From contig CM059433.1 of NCBI GenBank assembly GCA_030390025.1, positions 4,836,001 to 4,900,000 of the forward strand: DNA of 64,000 nucleotides. Direction: 5' to 3'. Origin of the DNA: Squalus acanthias (lineage: Eukaryota). Positions 21,151 to 34,851 of this stretch are shown in pieces. The position numbers were made by a program, and so were the translations under genes. How positions within the stretch are numbered: the stretch's first letter is position 1; every line of letters begins with the position of its first letter. The notes beneath the pieces were generated by a model. That model was not told where the DNA came from. It saw nothing but the letters and a program-made list of their open reading frames with translations, and did not search any database.

Positions 21151-23959
21151 TCTGAAGATGGGAAATGTTGTTTTTCCTGCATAACTTTTTTTCCCTCTCT
21201 CTCTCTCTCTCTCTCTTCCTTTCTCCCCCCTCCCCTCACACACACACACACATCACAGCCAGGCCTCCACACACAGGCCGTGTTTATAGAGCTTGCAGAA
21301 AAACTGCAAGTTTAGTGCTTTTTTTTTGTTGCATTGGCGTTAAGTGAACTTTTTGAGTTCATGATCTGAATGCTAAAAGTATCTTGAGATTGAATTCGTG
21401 CAGGATCTTGTGGTTTTTACACTAAATGCTCGGATTGCACATCTGCCCATTGAAGTGGCAAAGCTTTCTTTGCTTTTGTTGTATTGTGGTCAACGGTTTT
21501 ACTTTATTTTTCTCCATATAAGCGATGGCCTTTTTGGCTAGCCGATGGCAGCATCATTCAGTTTTGGCTGATAAAATCTGTCACGGACAGTTGGTTTCGT
21601 TTTGTTGAATAGAAAAATCGGAACACTGCAATGAGATCATTTCATTTTTTTAATACTTTTGTATACTTCATACTTTGGTAGATTCTGGTGGGTGCAGTAA
21701 ACGTTTTCTGAAATTAAGCTTGGCACAGAATGGAAGTGTGACTGGTAGTTATGGAAATAAAGCATGGTGGTAATTCTGTTGCCTGACATGTAGATTTTAA
21801 AGTACGTTTAAACATATTTAAGTAAGAGATCTAGTAGGAGTGGGTAATTTACAAAGAAAATTGTCCAGGTGAATTTTAATTTGGAGGTGACAACCATTAG
21901 TCCACATTAAATATTATATAGGTCTGCATTTAAAGGCAGTAATAATATGGACGGGTTCAGGTGATGATGTAAATTGTAAGAACAAAGCTTCAGTGGTTTG
22001 TTGTCTAACCTTAAGTTTTATATCATTTAAATAATCTTGTCCATACTAATCTCCATAACTTTCATATATGTATCTTTTGCTATTGTTACTTTTGGTGATA
22101 TAGGTTGGGGTCTTGACAGATGACAGGCTGCCATGTGAATGGAACTGCAGTGATACTGAGTTTAGATTTCGTTGCATGTTACAAGGGTATAGCATACCAT
22201 ATATAAATACATATTTTAGAATTTTAATATCAACCTTTTGAAGTACTCTATTCTTTGCAATACACTTTCTATACATCTGCAAAAGGTCCTTATTAAGTTA
22301 CACCCTTGTGCACACTACCATTTTCACCTGTTTTGACTGCAGATCTGCAGCACTGACTATTAGAGTTCTAAATTGTTGCATTACCTCTGACCAAATGGAT
22401 GCACTCAAGACACAAGTCTCAACTTCTTGTTGATTCAGATGAGCAGAATTTTATCTTGAATTTCATCCCTTGGCTCCTACACATGCTGTGGAACGGCTTG
22501 CCTGTTGCGCTGTGGTTCTGTAGATGCAAGAAAGTTTAAACTGCGCTCTTCAGCCTGATAGAACTCCATTCTGATAACTTGTGTCAGAGAAGTTTACAAA
22601 AAGTTTTTGTTTTATGCAAAGATTAATGTAAAAGATTTTAAAGGACTGTCTTTATTATTTGGATTTAATTATTTCAGTACTTCAAAGTAGTCCTCTCATA
22701 AAAGTACTTGAAAGTACTGGGGACTCGCAATGTTAACTCTGAAAGCTAGAAGAAAGCTACTTGGCTAATAAGTGATGTAGATTATTATCTTTCCGAGTTG
22801 GGAGTATCAGCAGTTTTTAAGTTGCGTATCAGCTGGACACAGCTTTGTACGTGGCGTATATTGATTTTTGTTCAACTAAAATTTCTCCTGGTCGGTCATA
22901 ATAGGCCTTTTTTAAGTAAATTAGGAAGAAAGGGATTCAGAATACATTTACTGATCCCCATGGCCACCCTCTTTGGTCAAGGGAAATTCTAAACATGAAA
23001 TTGTCAGGTTCTTTGCCATATGTTTCAATTTTTTTTAATGTAGTGTACACTGGTGTAATGGGTTAGATGTTAAATATGTATTATAAAAGCAACAGTGTTG
23101 GAGAGACTGCCTTTAACAATAGTTATAACATTTACAAAACACTGGCTTTAAAATTGCCACTATATCGAATAGTGAAAATCTTATTGTTGATAAGTAACAA
23201 AATTTGAGCAAGTTTACCAGAAACTATATTTTGGGAAGCACAATCACTAGTTTATATTGGAGTGTTGATGTGCAGAAACTCAGGGAAATACGTGCAGGCT
23301 GATTTGTTTTCTGAATACAGTACATTAAAGTGTGGAGATTTTATGAAAGGTACATTGATTTATCTCCACAGGTGAGTTATGGTTCTACTTTTGAGATTGA
23401 CCACAATGCAGAGATAGTTATCACATCTCGCTGTTGGCCATGACTTGTTCTATTTATATATCAGACTTAAATATCTTCTTGCGCATGTACGTGTGCCATA
23501 AGCAAGATTGAAGTTATCAAAGAGGGGATTAATTGTTTTCTGTGTTCGAGAATATATCTTTAAATTTTGTACTTCATCACCTTGAATGGAATATTATAAG
23601 GATAAGTTGTTCTACTCCATTTGGCTGTGTGTAGTGCTTGTTGACTCTTTTTTGATAGGGGTCACTTATCTTGAAAGCACCCGTAAACTGTAATTGAAGC
23701 TAAAATTGATGGCCATTACAGCCCCTGAAAGATAATATTTCAATCAATTGTCAGTTTAAAATTTAAGTGCAAGGACTTATTCCGAGTCCATCTATAATAA
23801 TTTTGTAATTCACAGTTCTATCAGCTGTGCATTTTTATCTTACTATAAAGTATTGATTACTTTTCTCTCACTTTGTGGACTCCTTGTCCTGTTCCATTTC
23901 TACCTGATTGGGGAAATTACCTATTTCCCAGCCTTTGTACCTCAGAGATACAGTGGAGA

Positions 23960-25246
23960 GACAAAGGTAAACTATCCCTCCTCGTCCTTCTCGACTTGTC
24001 TGCAGCCTTTGACACGGTTGACCACTCCATCCTTCTCCAACGCCCCTCCACCATCGTCCAGCTGGGTGGGACTGCAGGCCTGGTTCCATTCTTATCTATC
24101 TAATTGTAGCCAGAAAATCACCTGGATGGCTTCTCTTCCCACTTCCGCATCGTTACCTCTGGGGTCCCCCAAGGATCTATCCTTGGCCCCTTCCTATTTC
24201 TCATCTATATGCTGCCCCTTGGCAACATCATCCGAAAACACGGTGTCAGTTTCCACAAGTATGCTGACGACACCCAGCTCTACCTCATCACCACTTCTCT
24301 CAACCCCTCCACGATCTCTAAATTGTCAGACTGCTTGTCCGACATCCAGTACTGGATGAGCAGAAATTTTCTCCAATTGAATCTTGGTAAGACCAAAGCC
24401 ATTGTCTTCGGTCCCCGCCACAAACTCCATTCCCTAGCCACTGACTCCATCCCTCTCCCTAGCATCTGTCTGAGGCTGAACCACACTGTTCGCAACCTTG
24501 GTGTCATATTTGACCCTGAAATGAGCTTCTGACCACACATCCGTGGCATAACTAAGACCGCCTATTTCCATCTCCGTAACATTGCCCGCCTCTGCCCCTG
24601 CCTCAGCTCATTTGCTGCTGAAACCCTCATCCATGCTTTTGTTACCTCTAGACTTGACTATTCCAACGCACTCCTGGCTGGCCTCCCACATTCTACTCTA
24701 CGTAAACTTGAGGTCATCCAAAACTCGGCTGCCCATGTCCTAACTCTCTCCAAGTCCCATTCACCCATCACCCCTGTGCTCACTGACCTGCATTGGCTCC
24801 CGGTTAAACAACACCTCGATTTCAAAATTCTCTTGCTTGTTTTCAAATCCCTCCATGGCCTCGCCCCTCCCTATCTCTGTAATCTCCTCCAGCCCCACAA
24901 CACCGCCCCCCCCCCCCCCCCCCCCCCCCCGAGATATCTACGCTCCTCTAATTCTGCCCTCTTGAGCATCCCTGATTTATAATCGCTCAACCATTGTGGC
25001 CGTGCCTTCAGTTGCCTAGGCCCTAAGCTCTGGAATTCCCTGCCTAAACCTTCTCCGCCTCACTACCTCTCTCTCCTCCTTTACGACGCTCCTTAAAACC
25101 TACCTCTTTGACCAAGCTTTTGGTCATCTGCCCGAATTTCTTATGTGGCTCGGTGTCAATTTTTCTGTCTTATAATACTCCTGTGAAGCGCCATGTGATG
25201 TTTCACTATGTTAAAGGCGCTATATAAATACTAGTTGTTGTCGTTG
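23960..25246 (+). mobile_element. L2 LINE, 5'-truncated
   Basis: [31 protein letters not shown] and DLHWLPVKQ motifs. Tail AAAGGCGCTATATAAATACTAGTTGTTG. Confidence 0.92.
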
Positions 25247-25639
25247 AGATGTGAGAGAAAGGATTGGGAAACCCTATCTTCTTGCGAGGAATCACCTCAG
25301 CTCTGCCTAGCATTTACCCATGGTGGCATGACTAAGATCACTAACTGATATGGCAGTTGCTGATGCATGAATCTTGACCTACCACTTCATGACGCAGTGC
25401 TTTGGAGACCCTGTGGTACCTTGCCACTGTTACTACTTTTATATTTTTCATAAATATTTCGCTGGGTAAATGTGCTAAGCTTAAGCTGCCTTGCAAAACT
25501 TTGAGGTAAAAGTGGGGAGTGTTTATCTGTGTGGCTCAGTCAGTATTAGTCGAACAGATTGGATGTTAATTCCATTCCCAGTGATGTTTCTAGTCATCAA
25601 ATCTATGAAATAATTTTAGTTTGAAAATGTGAAATTTGT

Positions 25640-26140
25640 AAGACCACAGTACTGTTTCATTGGGCTCCACATTAAAGGAAGCATATTGTGGCTTTAGAGA
25701 GTGTACAACCAGATTCGCTAGGATGTTGCCTAGTATGAGGCAATACAAATAAGAAGAAAGATTTGGAAAAATTTGGTCTTTTTTTGTTGGAACAATGCAG
25801 ATTATGGAACGATATGATAGAAGTATTTAAAATTATGAAAGGATGGGACAGGGTAGTTAGCAAATTGTTTCGGGTAGTTGAGAGGTCAAGAATGAGGGGC
25901 CATAACTACAAGATTAAATGTAACAGATTTTGTAAAAAATGCAGGAGCAGCTTCTTAACTCAAAGTTGTGAGGATATGGAATTCACTTCCAGGGTTAGTG
26001 GTTCAGGAAAAAACTATGTCAACATTCAAGATTAGATTGGACAGCTGGATGAAGGCAATTAGAACTGTTTGCTCGTGTGGAGGGTAAATGCTGACACGGA
26101 CTAGTCGAGCCGAATGGCCTGTTCCTGTGTTATCACTTCT
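25640..26140 (+). mobile_element. Old CR1 3' fragment
   Basis: LGLFxLEQxRLxxDMIEVFKIMKG-like translation and a GAATGGCCT tail. Confidence 0.75.
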
Positions 26141-26629
26141 ATATATGTAAAATTCTATCTCTTTGTGTGTGTGTTTGTGTATATGTACACCATCATTTCA
26201 GGTGTAACTTACCTTTCCTGAGCTATTTTTACATATTTTAATTATATTGGTTAACTTTACAAAAACGATCATGTCAAAAATAAAGCTAAACCATTTTATG
26301 CAAATCAAGTCCATACCTACATGTTGAGTTCCAAAGACACTCTACACAATATGCTTAATTGTCTTTGCAACATGAATTTCCCACAGTATCACTAGGAATA
26401 TGTCAAACCTAGAGATTGCTTCAGCACACTCACTTTATCTGTGGGACCAATGTTTAAAAGACTGGTAGGATCCAACTCCTCTATTTGAGTTGTAAGGGCC
26501 TGGGGAAAATCAGCTTTATTGGTCAGTAAGGTGTCTCATAATAGGTTAGTGAGGGGAAAAAAAATCAGGCCTACAGTATAAGTGGAAATGTAGCAGTACT
26601 GTTAGAAAGTTTGTTGATGGAACTGTTGG

Positions 26630-27040
26630 CTAGGCTCAGTGGTAGCACTCCAGAGACTTGAGCATATTATCTAGATTGACACTTCAGTAAACTACTGAGG
26701 GAGTGCTACACTGTCGGAGGTGCCGTCTTTCAGATAAGATGTTAAACCGAGGCCCTGTCTGTCCTCTTTGGTGGATGTGAAAGATCCCATGGCACTAAAG
26801 AAGAGCAGGGGCATTCTTCCCAGTGTCCTGGCCAATAGTTATTCTTCAGAAACGTCACTAAAACAGATAATCTGGTCATTAATCACATTGCTATTTATGG
26901 CACCTTACTGTGTGCAATTTGGCTGCCGTGTTTCTAACATTACAGCGGTGACTACACTTCAAAAGTACTTCATTGGCTGTGAACCAATTTGGGATATTCT
27001 GAGGTTGGGAAAGGCATATATAATTTTTTTTCTTCTTTCA
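26630..27040 (+). mobile_element. Deu-domain SINE (SacSINE1-like)
   Basis: Homologous to 4185-4635. Confidence 0.8.
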
Positions 27041-27139
27041 TAGGAAAGGGAGTTGGGGTGAATGGATGTGGCTTGGATAGGTGAAGGGTTGGAAGTGGTG
27101 CCTCCCAGGTGGTCAGTGCTTTTGCTCTGTGTGTGTGTG

Positions 27140-27915
27140 TATTTTTCGATGATTTGGACTTGAATATAGGGAACACAATCCCTAAATTTTCTAATGACAC
27201 AAAAGTAGTAGGTTTGGCAAACAGTGCAGAGGACTGGAAAAACCTTTAGGAAGACACAGACAAGTTAGCAGAATGGGCACACTACACTGGTTAGACCACA
27301 TTGTAGAAAGTACATTAAAGCCACAGAGAGCTTGCAGCATAGCTTTACCAGGGATAGGAAACTATACTTATGAAGAAAAACTTGATACTAGAACAGAGCA
27401 GGCTAAGAGGAGATTTAAGGGAAGTTTTTAAAATGAAGAAGAATTTTGATCGTGAACAGGGAAAGACTATTTCCTCTGGTTGGGAGTAAGTAACAACGGG
27501 TTATCAAATTAAAATTGTCAGTGTGGAGAGAGATTAGGAGAAATTCCTTTACATAGAGGGTTGGAGTATACAGGCAAAAGGGGTTAAGGGTTACGGAGAG
27601 AAGGCGGGGACGGGATACTGAATTGAAGGATCAGCCATGATCTCATTAAATGGCGGAGCAGGCTCGAAGGGCCGGATGGCCTACTCCTGCTCCTATCTTC
27701 TATGTATCTATGTATCTATGTATGAAAAGCTTTATTCAAAGGGAGTAATTGATACAGAGACCATTGCATCTTTTAAGGAAAGATCAGATAAAAATATTTG
27801 AAGCAGATGATGATACAGGGCTATGGGGAGATAAAAGGATTAGTTTTGAATTCCTCTTGTATATACCCAGTGCAGACGTGATGGGTCAAACGGCCTCCTA
27901 TGCTGTAAACGTCTA
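27140..27915 (+). mobile_element. Old CR1 3' fragment with a younger CR1 tail nested (about 27565-27725)
   Basis: Degenerate RT C-terminal sequence. The inner piece ends GGCCTACTCCTGCTCCTATC followed by (TATGTATC)n. Confidence 0.65.
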
Positions 27916-28504
27916 TGATTATCTGGTCACGGTGATGCAAAAGTTGCACCTGTGACTAATGCCAGCTAGTTGGAAAAAGTATCATTTTATACATCAATAA
28001 AACTCACTAATGAACTCCCAGATTTGCAAATCAACAAAATCTGTATAAGTTGTGACTTGTGTATTAAGTTATATATGGGGAGTAAAATACGTTCAAGCAG
28101 TCTAATTCTATAGCAAATGTAAGTCTACGTTACAAAACTGCCTATGATTTTATACTATTCTATAATAACCTCTTAACCTTGTTTGTGCTGCTAAATTGGA
28201 GCCTAACACACACACATCCTTTAGATGAATTGGCTCCCATTTGTGATTTATGAATGTTGCAATGTAGAGAGTTAATGAAATCCACTGTTTTGGGAGGGTT
28301 TGAATAGTTTGGGCTAGAAGAAGTGAAGTTGACTTTGCTTTCCTGCCGCTATAATTGTGATAGATGTAAAAGTGGAGTTTGGTACCCAAAAAACGCTCAG
28401 CACTCGTCAAAAAGCAATTGAAGCAATTTTAAGGGGACTTGCCTGCTCTGTGGCTTCTTCTTTATATTAGTATTTTTAAAAAGTTAAGGGACTGCTCCAG
28501 GTGG

Positions 28505-29304
28505 AACTGAGCCACAGGTTTGATTCCTAGTTTTAGCTGTGTTATTTGAACTGGGTGACCGTAGAATCATAGCATCATAGAATGGTTGCAGCATTTGGCC
28601 TGTCGAGCCGTGCCAGCTCTCTGCAAGAGCACTTCAGCTAGTCCCACTCCCCCATCCTTTCCCCGTAGCCCTGCAAATTTTTTACCTTCAGGCACTTATC
28701 CAATTCCCTTTTGAAAGCCATGATTGAATCTGCCTCCACCACCCTTTCAGGCAGTGCATTCCAGATCATAACCACTCACTGCGTAAAAAAGTTTTTCCTC
28801 ATGTCACCTTTGGTTCTTCTGCCAATCACCTTAAATCTGTGTCCTTTGGTTCTTGATCCTTCTACCAATGGGAACAGTTTCCCTCTATCTACTGTGTCTA
28901 AACCCCTCATGATTTTGAACACCTCTATCAGATCTCCTCTCAACCATCTCTGCTCCAAGGAGAACAACCCCAGCTTCTCTCGTCTATCCACGTAACTGAA
29001 GTCCCTCAGTTAGCACAGTTAACCTTGATGCACCTGGGTCACAGAGGAAAAAGTAGCAAGGATTCCTGCTTCTAATTGCTCAACAGTGACCCTTTTAGAA
29101 AATACAGTTCTATACATGTTTTTTGACCACAGAACTGGGCTTTGTTGTGGTGATCTACGTGGTCAAATAATCTGGTGATGCTCATTGTCTAAGCGTGCAT
29201 GAAGACTAGCTATCTAGGGAAGGCACAAGAGGGCGATTGGTACCCGTAGAACTGTACTCTTGATTCAAGAGAGAACTGGAGAAAATTGAATTGGAAAAAA
29301 AAAA
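28505..29304 (+). mobile_element. AmnSINE2-like ancient SINE split by an antisense CR1 fragment
   Basis: GGATTCCTGCTTCTAATTGCTCAACAGTGACCC...CTCATTGTCTAAG..CATGAAGA...A tail resembles the recalled AmnSINE2 consensus. Confidence 0.55.
28563..29007 (-). mobile_element. CR1 3' fragment
   Basis: EKLGLFSLEQRWLRGDLIEVFKIMRG...RKNFFTQ with an ATCATAGA-type tail. Confidence 0.88.
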
Positions 29305-29334
29305 GTTGAGGAAATAGTTGACATAACAAATTAA

Positions 29335-29480
29335 TGCACCTGTTCATTTACATGACCTGGGTTCTGATTATGCCTGAACTAATGGCATGAAAGTCTCTAT
29401 AAGGGCCCTTCATGGAGTTAGTTTAGGCAGTTTCAATCCTGTTCCTAGTGGGTGCCTGCACAAAACACAGCATTGACATG
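29335..29480 (+). mobile_element. Possible LF-SINE-like relic
   Basis: CTGGGTTC...GAAAGTC...GGCCCTTCATGGAGTTAGTTT...CAATCCTGTTCCTAGTGG...CACAAAAC is colinear with the recalled LF-SINE 5' half. Confidence 0.4.
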
Positions 29481-29784
29481 CACAGTTGTTTTTTAAAAGA
29501 TGATTGCTTTATGCAGGTACTAAGATGACAAGGCACAGTTATTTTTCTAACTCATGTTTTAAAACCATCTTTTATGCTTTGGGATGGTTTCCCAGCAAGG
29601 GAGAGCAACACGTGGTGGTGGTGGTGAAAAAACATGGCAACTGTCTGCACTCTGGCCACATTTCAAAGGGTTCCAAAGGATGTGGCTTCTTTTGACGTGG
29701 CTTTTCACATGTTTTTTCATGTGTTCACGTGCGGACATACTCTGCCTACATGCTACATGTTGCTGTGTGCACTTTTCCCCTCTA

Positions 29785-30150
29785 ATGTTTCCTTTTTTTC
29801 CCTCCACTCTTGACACTGACTCGTACTGGGATTTGATTAAACAGGTTGCAGCCTTTGGTACTGTACCCACCCCTCAAATGATCATTCTTCATGTATTAAC
29901 CACATAGTGAGTCCAGCCTGGCAGGTAGCGTCCTGATTTCAGCGATTGTCCCCACACACAAGTTTCCAGCAGATGTTGGTAGATAACATTTAATAGTGGG
30001 AACCATGACTGAGTTTTTTTCTCTAGATCAGGTCAGAGAAGTTAATTTCAGCGCCCCATTACTATCCCAGCTGAGATAAGTTAATTTAGAACGTGCCGGA
30101 GATGGAACCTAGATCACTCCTAGTTTGTATGGCTCAGTTAGTGCATCAAG
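29785..30150 (-). mobile_element. AmnSINE2-like SINE
   Basis: TTTCCAGCAG...GGGAACC...CCCAGCTGAGATAAGTTAA...TGTATGGCTCAG, shared with 33112-33495. Confidence 0.55.
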
Positions 30151-32613
30151 TCACTGGAGCTACAGTTTAATTTTTTTTGCTCACCCCTTCTTTCAGCCTC
30201 ATCAACAGTTATCACTGAAACTACTTGAAGGATAAGTTAGCTTATGCCTATGTTAATTTTTTGCCATAAGTTTCAACTTGGAGCTTGATGATATATATAT
30301 TTAGTGACACATTAGCTGAATTTCCTTTTTTATTTAACGGTTCAGCTCCACAACTGAATGAGTGAGTTATTTGGACCTTCTTGAGAATTTTTAATTTTAT
30401 ATCAATATCAATACAGCCCTTACTGTGAACCAGGACCACCATGCTAAACTCTGCAAATATGTGGGTCCTACGAATTCTGGTTACATTTTTTAAAAACTCT
30501 ACAATAACTCCAAAAACGTAAAAGAAATTCAAGTCGTCTTATTTTCTGAATAAGAACCCTACATTACAACATGGATTACAATTCAAAAGTACTTAATTGG
30601 CTGTGAAGCGCTTTAGGCATCTTGAGGTCATGAAAGGTGCTGCATTAATGCAAGTTCTTTGTTTGTTGAATATGTACTGTATATGCTCCTGTTTAAGATC
30701 AGAAATTTATGACCTGAAGTATTAACTGGTTAGTTATGTCCACAGCTGTCTGACCTGCTGAGTAGCATTTTCTGTTTTTGCTTCAGATTTCCAGCATCTG
30801 TAGGTTTTTACTTTTGTGAGAAATATATTTCATTGTTTCGGGGTTCAAGTGGGGGTAATTTAAAGTGAAGCAGGAGACCCACATTAGGTAAAAAAAGGAA
30901 CGGGAGACTGGTGCTGCATAGAGTGGAAGTTGATTACTGTATTTGTGATGCTGTGGGACAACAACCACAGCACTGAACATAATGTAACCATTTTCCACTT
31001 TATTCGGTGCTGGTCTTCTGCTCCATCTTTTTATGGTTGTATATGGGTTGCCTTATTGGTGACTACGGGCCTGAATTTGCTGAAAACTTGCGCCATAGTA
31101 ATGGCACATCTGTGGCATACGCCATTATTATGCTGCAGAAATTCCTGGAAATTATGGTGTAAGTGACTTATGCCATTACTTACGCCATGCCATAATTTGC
31201 TGGGACTTTTGCGCTGCCCCACAGAGACCTTCGCTGAAAAGTTTGAACAGCTAATTATTATAGCGCTCCTCCCCCCCCCCCCCCCCCCACGTTAATATCA
31301 GTGGCGATTACGAATTTGCTGCATTTAAGTCAGTGCTCACGCCGCTTCCACTTACTGAAAGGTAATGGTGCTCGAGACCTGGCAGCAATAGGATTTATGT
31401 GTTTATTCAAGATGGTTGTTTCTGATGCCTCATAATCCACACTTAGTGCACACAAGATCAATCCGAATAGAATTCCCAGACCCATTCTCATAAAATTCAA
31501 AGCACTATGAGATGTTTGTGAGACTCCATAAAGCGCTAAATAATTCTAAGTCTTTGTAGTTATACATTTTATAATCGACAGCCCCACATGTGTTTAAAAT
31601 AGATAAGTAATAATGCAGGCTATACATCCGGAGAACATAAAAACATACCTTCGGGAAAAAAAGCATTTTGGATGCAATTAGAAACTGAAGTTAGCTCTAT
31701 TCACCTTTTGCCCTTGTCCAATTTGGAATGTGTTTGGAGCTTTCAGAATTGTGATTAAACATTGGCAATATATGGGGAATTGAAAATTAGCTTTTGTCAG
31801 TAGTCGAAATGTCAGCAATCAGAAGCAACTGGCTGCTGTTGCTCTTGCTGTCAAACAGTTGAGCATTTTCTAGTTAAAATTTATACCTCGTTAAGTAAGT
31901 GGATTTTATGGCATCAGAATGTCATGTTATTTCAGCAAAAAGGTGCCCCGTGGATAACAATTAAAATATTTTATAACATGAAAATTTTCTTGGTGCCATG
32001 TAAAATATTTACAGGTGAGAACGATAGCAATTCATGCATTTATACTACTGTTTCCTTTTGGAAAAAAAAAATATAGATTTGGCATGTGTGTGTAGCTAGG
32101 GGAAAAACTTCTTGGATATTCCTAAATGCCAGTTTCCTTAAATGACTACAAAAGCGGACACAATTGGATCTGTATCGGACATTTACTGCACCACTTCTGG
32201 CATTCTCACTGTGGTGTATTTTAATCAGTTCTCCAGCAAATTGTGCTGTTAATTTGTCACTGGAGGATAGGGGAGTGCAACCGTCTAACTTGCGGGGTTT
32301 GTCGTCCGTATCGCCATTACAGAGAATTCCGGGCCGTTGTATGCTATCACTGTTTAAACAGTGTCAGCTTGACTTAGTTGATAACCATCTTGCCTGTGAG
32401 TTACATGGTTATGGGTTCAAGCTCCATATTGGACTTGAGCACACTAGACCAACACTTCAGTACAGTACTGAGGGAATGCTACATTGTTGGAGGTGCTAGC
32501 TTTTGAATGAGATGTTAAATAGAGGCCCCATCTGCCATTCTGATTTTGTAGTATGCTCAGCACAAGCGCGTATATTGAGAAGTGGAGTTTCGGCTGAGTA
32601 AGCAAATGTTCCT

Positions 32614-32778
32614 ACAATAGCAAAATACTGCGGATGCTGGAAATCTGAAATAACAACAGAAAATGCTGGAAACACTCAGCAGGCCAGGCAGCATCCGTGG
32701 AGAGAGAAACAGAGTTAACGTTTCAGGTCTGTGACGAAGGGTCACAATGCTGAGTGTTTCCAGCATTTTCTGTTGTTA
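32614..32778. mobile_element. Short Penelope-like fold-back insertion
   Basis: Terminal repeat plus a partial inverted copy. 14-bp direct repeat AAGCAAATGTTCCT at 32600-32613 and 32779-32792. Confidence 0.8.
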
Positions 32779-33111
32779 AAGCAAATGTTCCTGTTTGTTC
32801 CACAATTTAAAAAAAACAGAATTCGCATCTCTTTAGGTGTCTCTGTGGTACGCACTATTTTTTTGGTTAGGCTGGCACTTGACTGGCTCCCAGACTTCAG
32901 CAAATGCTGCTTTTAACTAGCTTCTGGAATGCATGTTTCGTTTTTGAATCCTTTCTACCTCTTTTCACCCATCCCCACATTCAAATGGAAGCAAGTAAAA
33001 TTTAGTTTCTAGTTGTGTCTCATCTTCAACCTGGCTAATAATATTTTGATGCATATAGCCTGTGTCTGTAAACATTTTTGGCAGTTGTTGGTGATCTTAG
33101 TTATGCTTTAT

Positions 33112-33495
33112 CTAATTTTCCCCCCCCCATTTGCCTCAAAGTGCTGACTTGTGATCGGTTATACTTTCATGATGCTGGGGTCCCTCTGGTAGTTTACCCA
33201 ACCAGTTATTCTTGATGTGTAAACCTGGATTGTCAGTAGGCAATTTGACTGTAGGGATAGTATAACTGCGCTTGATCTTGCCACCCCCTGATGTCCACAC
33301 AGGTTGGTATTTCACCAGATGTCACTACTTAGCAATCAGGAGCCTCCTTCTTGGACTCGATGTCTTTATGCCATTTGTAGTGCCCTCATCACTGTCGCAG
33401 CTGAAATCGGCTAACTGAGCACGGATTAGGGTTTGAACTTTGGATCTTTCTGATCGATGTGGCTTAGTACCGCAGTGCATTTACCTACTGAGGTT
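33112..33495 (-). mobile_element. AmnSINE2-like SINE
   Basis: ATTCTTGATGTGT...GTCACT...AGCAATCAGGAGC...CAGCTGAAATCGGCTAACTGAGCAC...TGTGGCTTAGT. Confidence 0.6.
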
Positions 33496-34317
33496 CTTTT
33501 TTGTATATGCTTCAATTTTTATTGGACAGTAGTAATGGTTGGGGATGCTCTATGCACGACCAGTGGTAGTAATGGCTGTAGAGTAGTAGCACCAGGCTTG
33601 GAGAGCAAGTGCTATCGTAGGGGTGTAAGCAAATGTTTCATCTAATGGAGGAAAAAGTAGATTTAAAAAAAATTATATATTTAGACAAAATCTGCACTTG
33701 TACTTAACAAGTTCATCATTTTCATCAGTAGTTACTTGCAAGTGACTGCTCTTTGAAGATATTGTCAGAGTTTAAATTACTGTCATAGAGTTTGAATTCA
33801 ATGTTGAGGAAATATCGTTTAGTGTTTTTCTTTTTACAATCTGCATTATCACTGGAGTTAGTCATGTTACTGAAAAGATTTATGCACCACAGTAGTGAAG
33901 GCACATGTACACTACAGTGTTGTAGCAGATGACAGACACACAGGTCTCGCTCTCAGTTGCAGTAAGTGCCCTGACATTCAGAGAGTCAATGGCATCAGAC
34001 TCTGTAAAATATGGCTCTGTGAATGTGCTGTCTGGTAAAGGCAGATGGTTTTATTAGAGTAAAACATGGAGAACAAACTTCCGTTGATGAGCTATTGCAC
34101 ATGTTCAACCGAGGTTCTTGAGTCACTAACTGTGGTTGGAAACACATTGCATTTATTTGCACTGATATCATTTTTAGTAAGCTGTACTTGACGAGTATCA
34201 ATGAGATGGAAAACATGCCAATAGCATTCCAAGATATAGAAATTGATTATACAAAGTATTTTCAACAGAGATGACTTCACAGCCGTAACGTGTAATAACT
34301 GTAATTGCTAACATAGT

Positions 34318-34851
34318 GGGCCAAAATTTGCGATCGGAGGCTTCCTGCGGGCGGATGCCTCTGACCTGTAAAAATTCTACGCATTTACCTGGTGGCCCGG
34401 GAGATACGGAGCCTTGCGATCCTGGGCCCCTCCGGGTACGCGCGGGCAGAGCCCCACGTATCCCGGGGCGCATGTGGTTCGCAAGCGCCCCTGGAATCAC
34501 GTGGGCCGGCCCAACCAATAAAAGAAGGGAATCCCCATTCATACTTATGGGAGTTCCGTATGTACAGAATCTCCATAAGTATGAATGGGGATCACTTAAA
34601 AAATACACGAACACATGAAATAAATGTTTTAAAAAATTACATATCTAAAATTAATTAATGCCATTTAATTAAATATTTTAAATGAAAATTTAATTTTTTG
34701 AATTAAAAAAAAAATGTTTTAACGGGGCTAAAAATAAACTTACCTTATTGGACAGGGTTTTTAGTGTATAAATGAGTGATAACATTTTATATTTCTATTT
34801 TTTAAAACTCTTTTATGCTGGTAAAAGCAGGCCTTACGCAAAATACGGCCC
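34318..34851. mobile_element. Harbinger-type MITE
   Basis: Termini GGGCCAAAATTTGCG / CGCAAAATACGGCCC, 3-bp duplication AGT, CpG-rich 5' half, internal hairpin. Confidence 0.75.

Noticed and set aside
31067..31485. Another possible Harbinger-type MITE
   Set aside because: The left end GGGCCTGAATTT fits, but the right end is poor and there is no TSD.
32004..32020. Second AG|GT juxtaposition (TTTACAG|GTGAGA)
   Set aside because: The polypyrimidine tract is weak, and such a match is expected by chance in a 40-kb intron.
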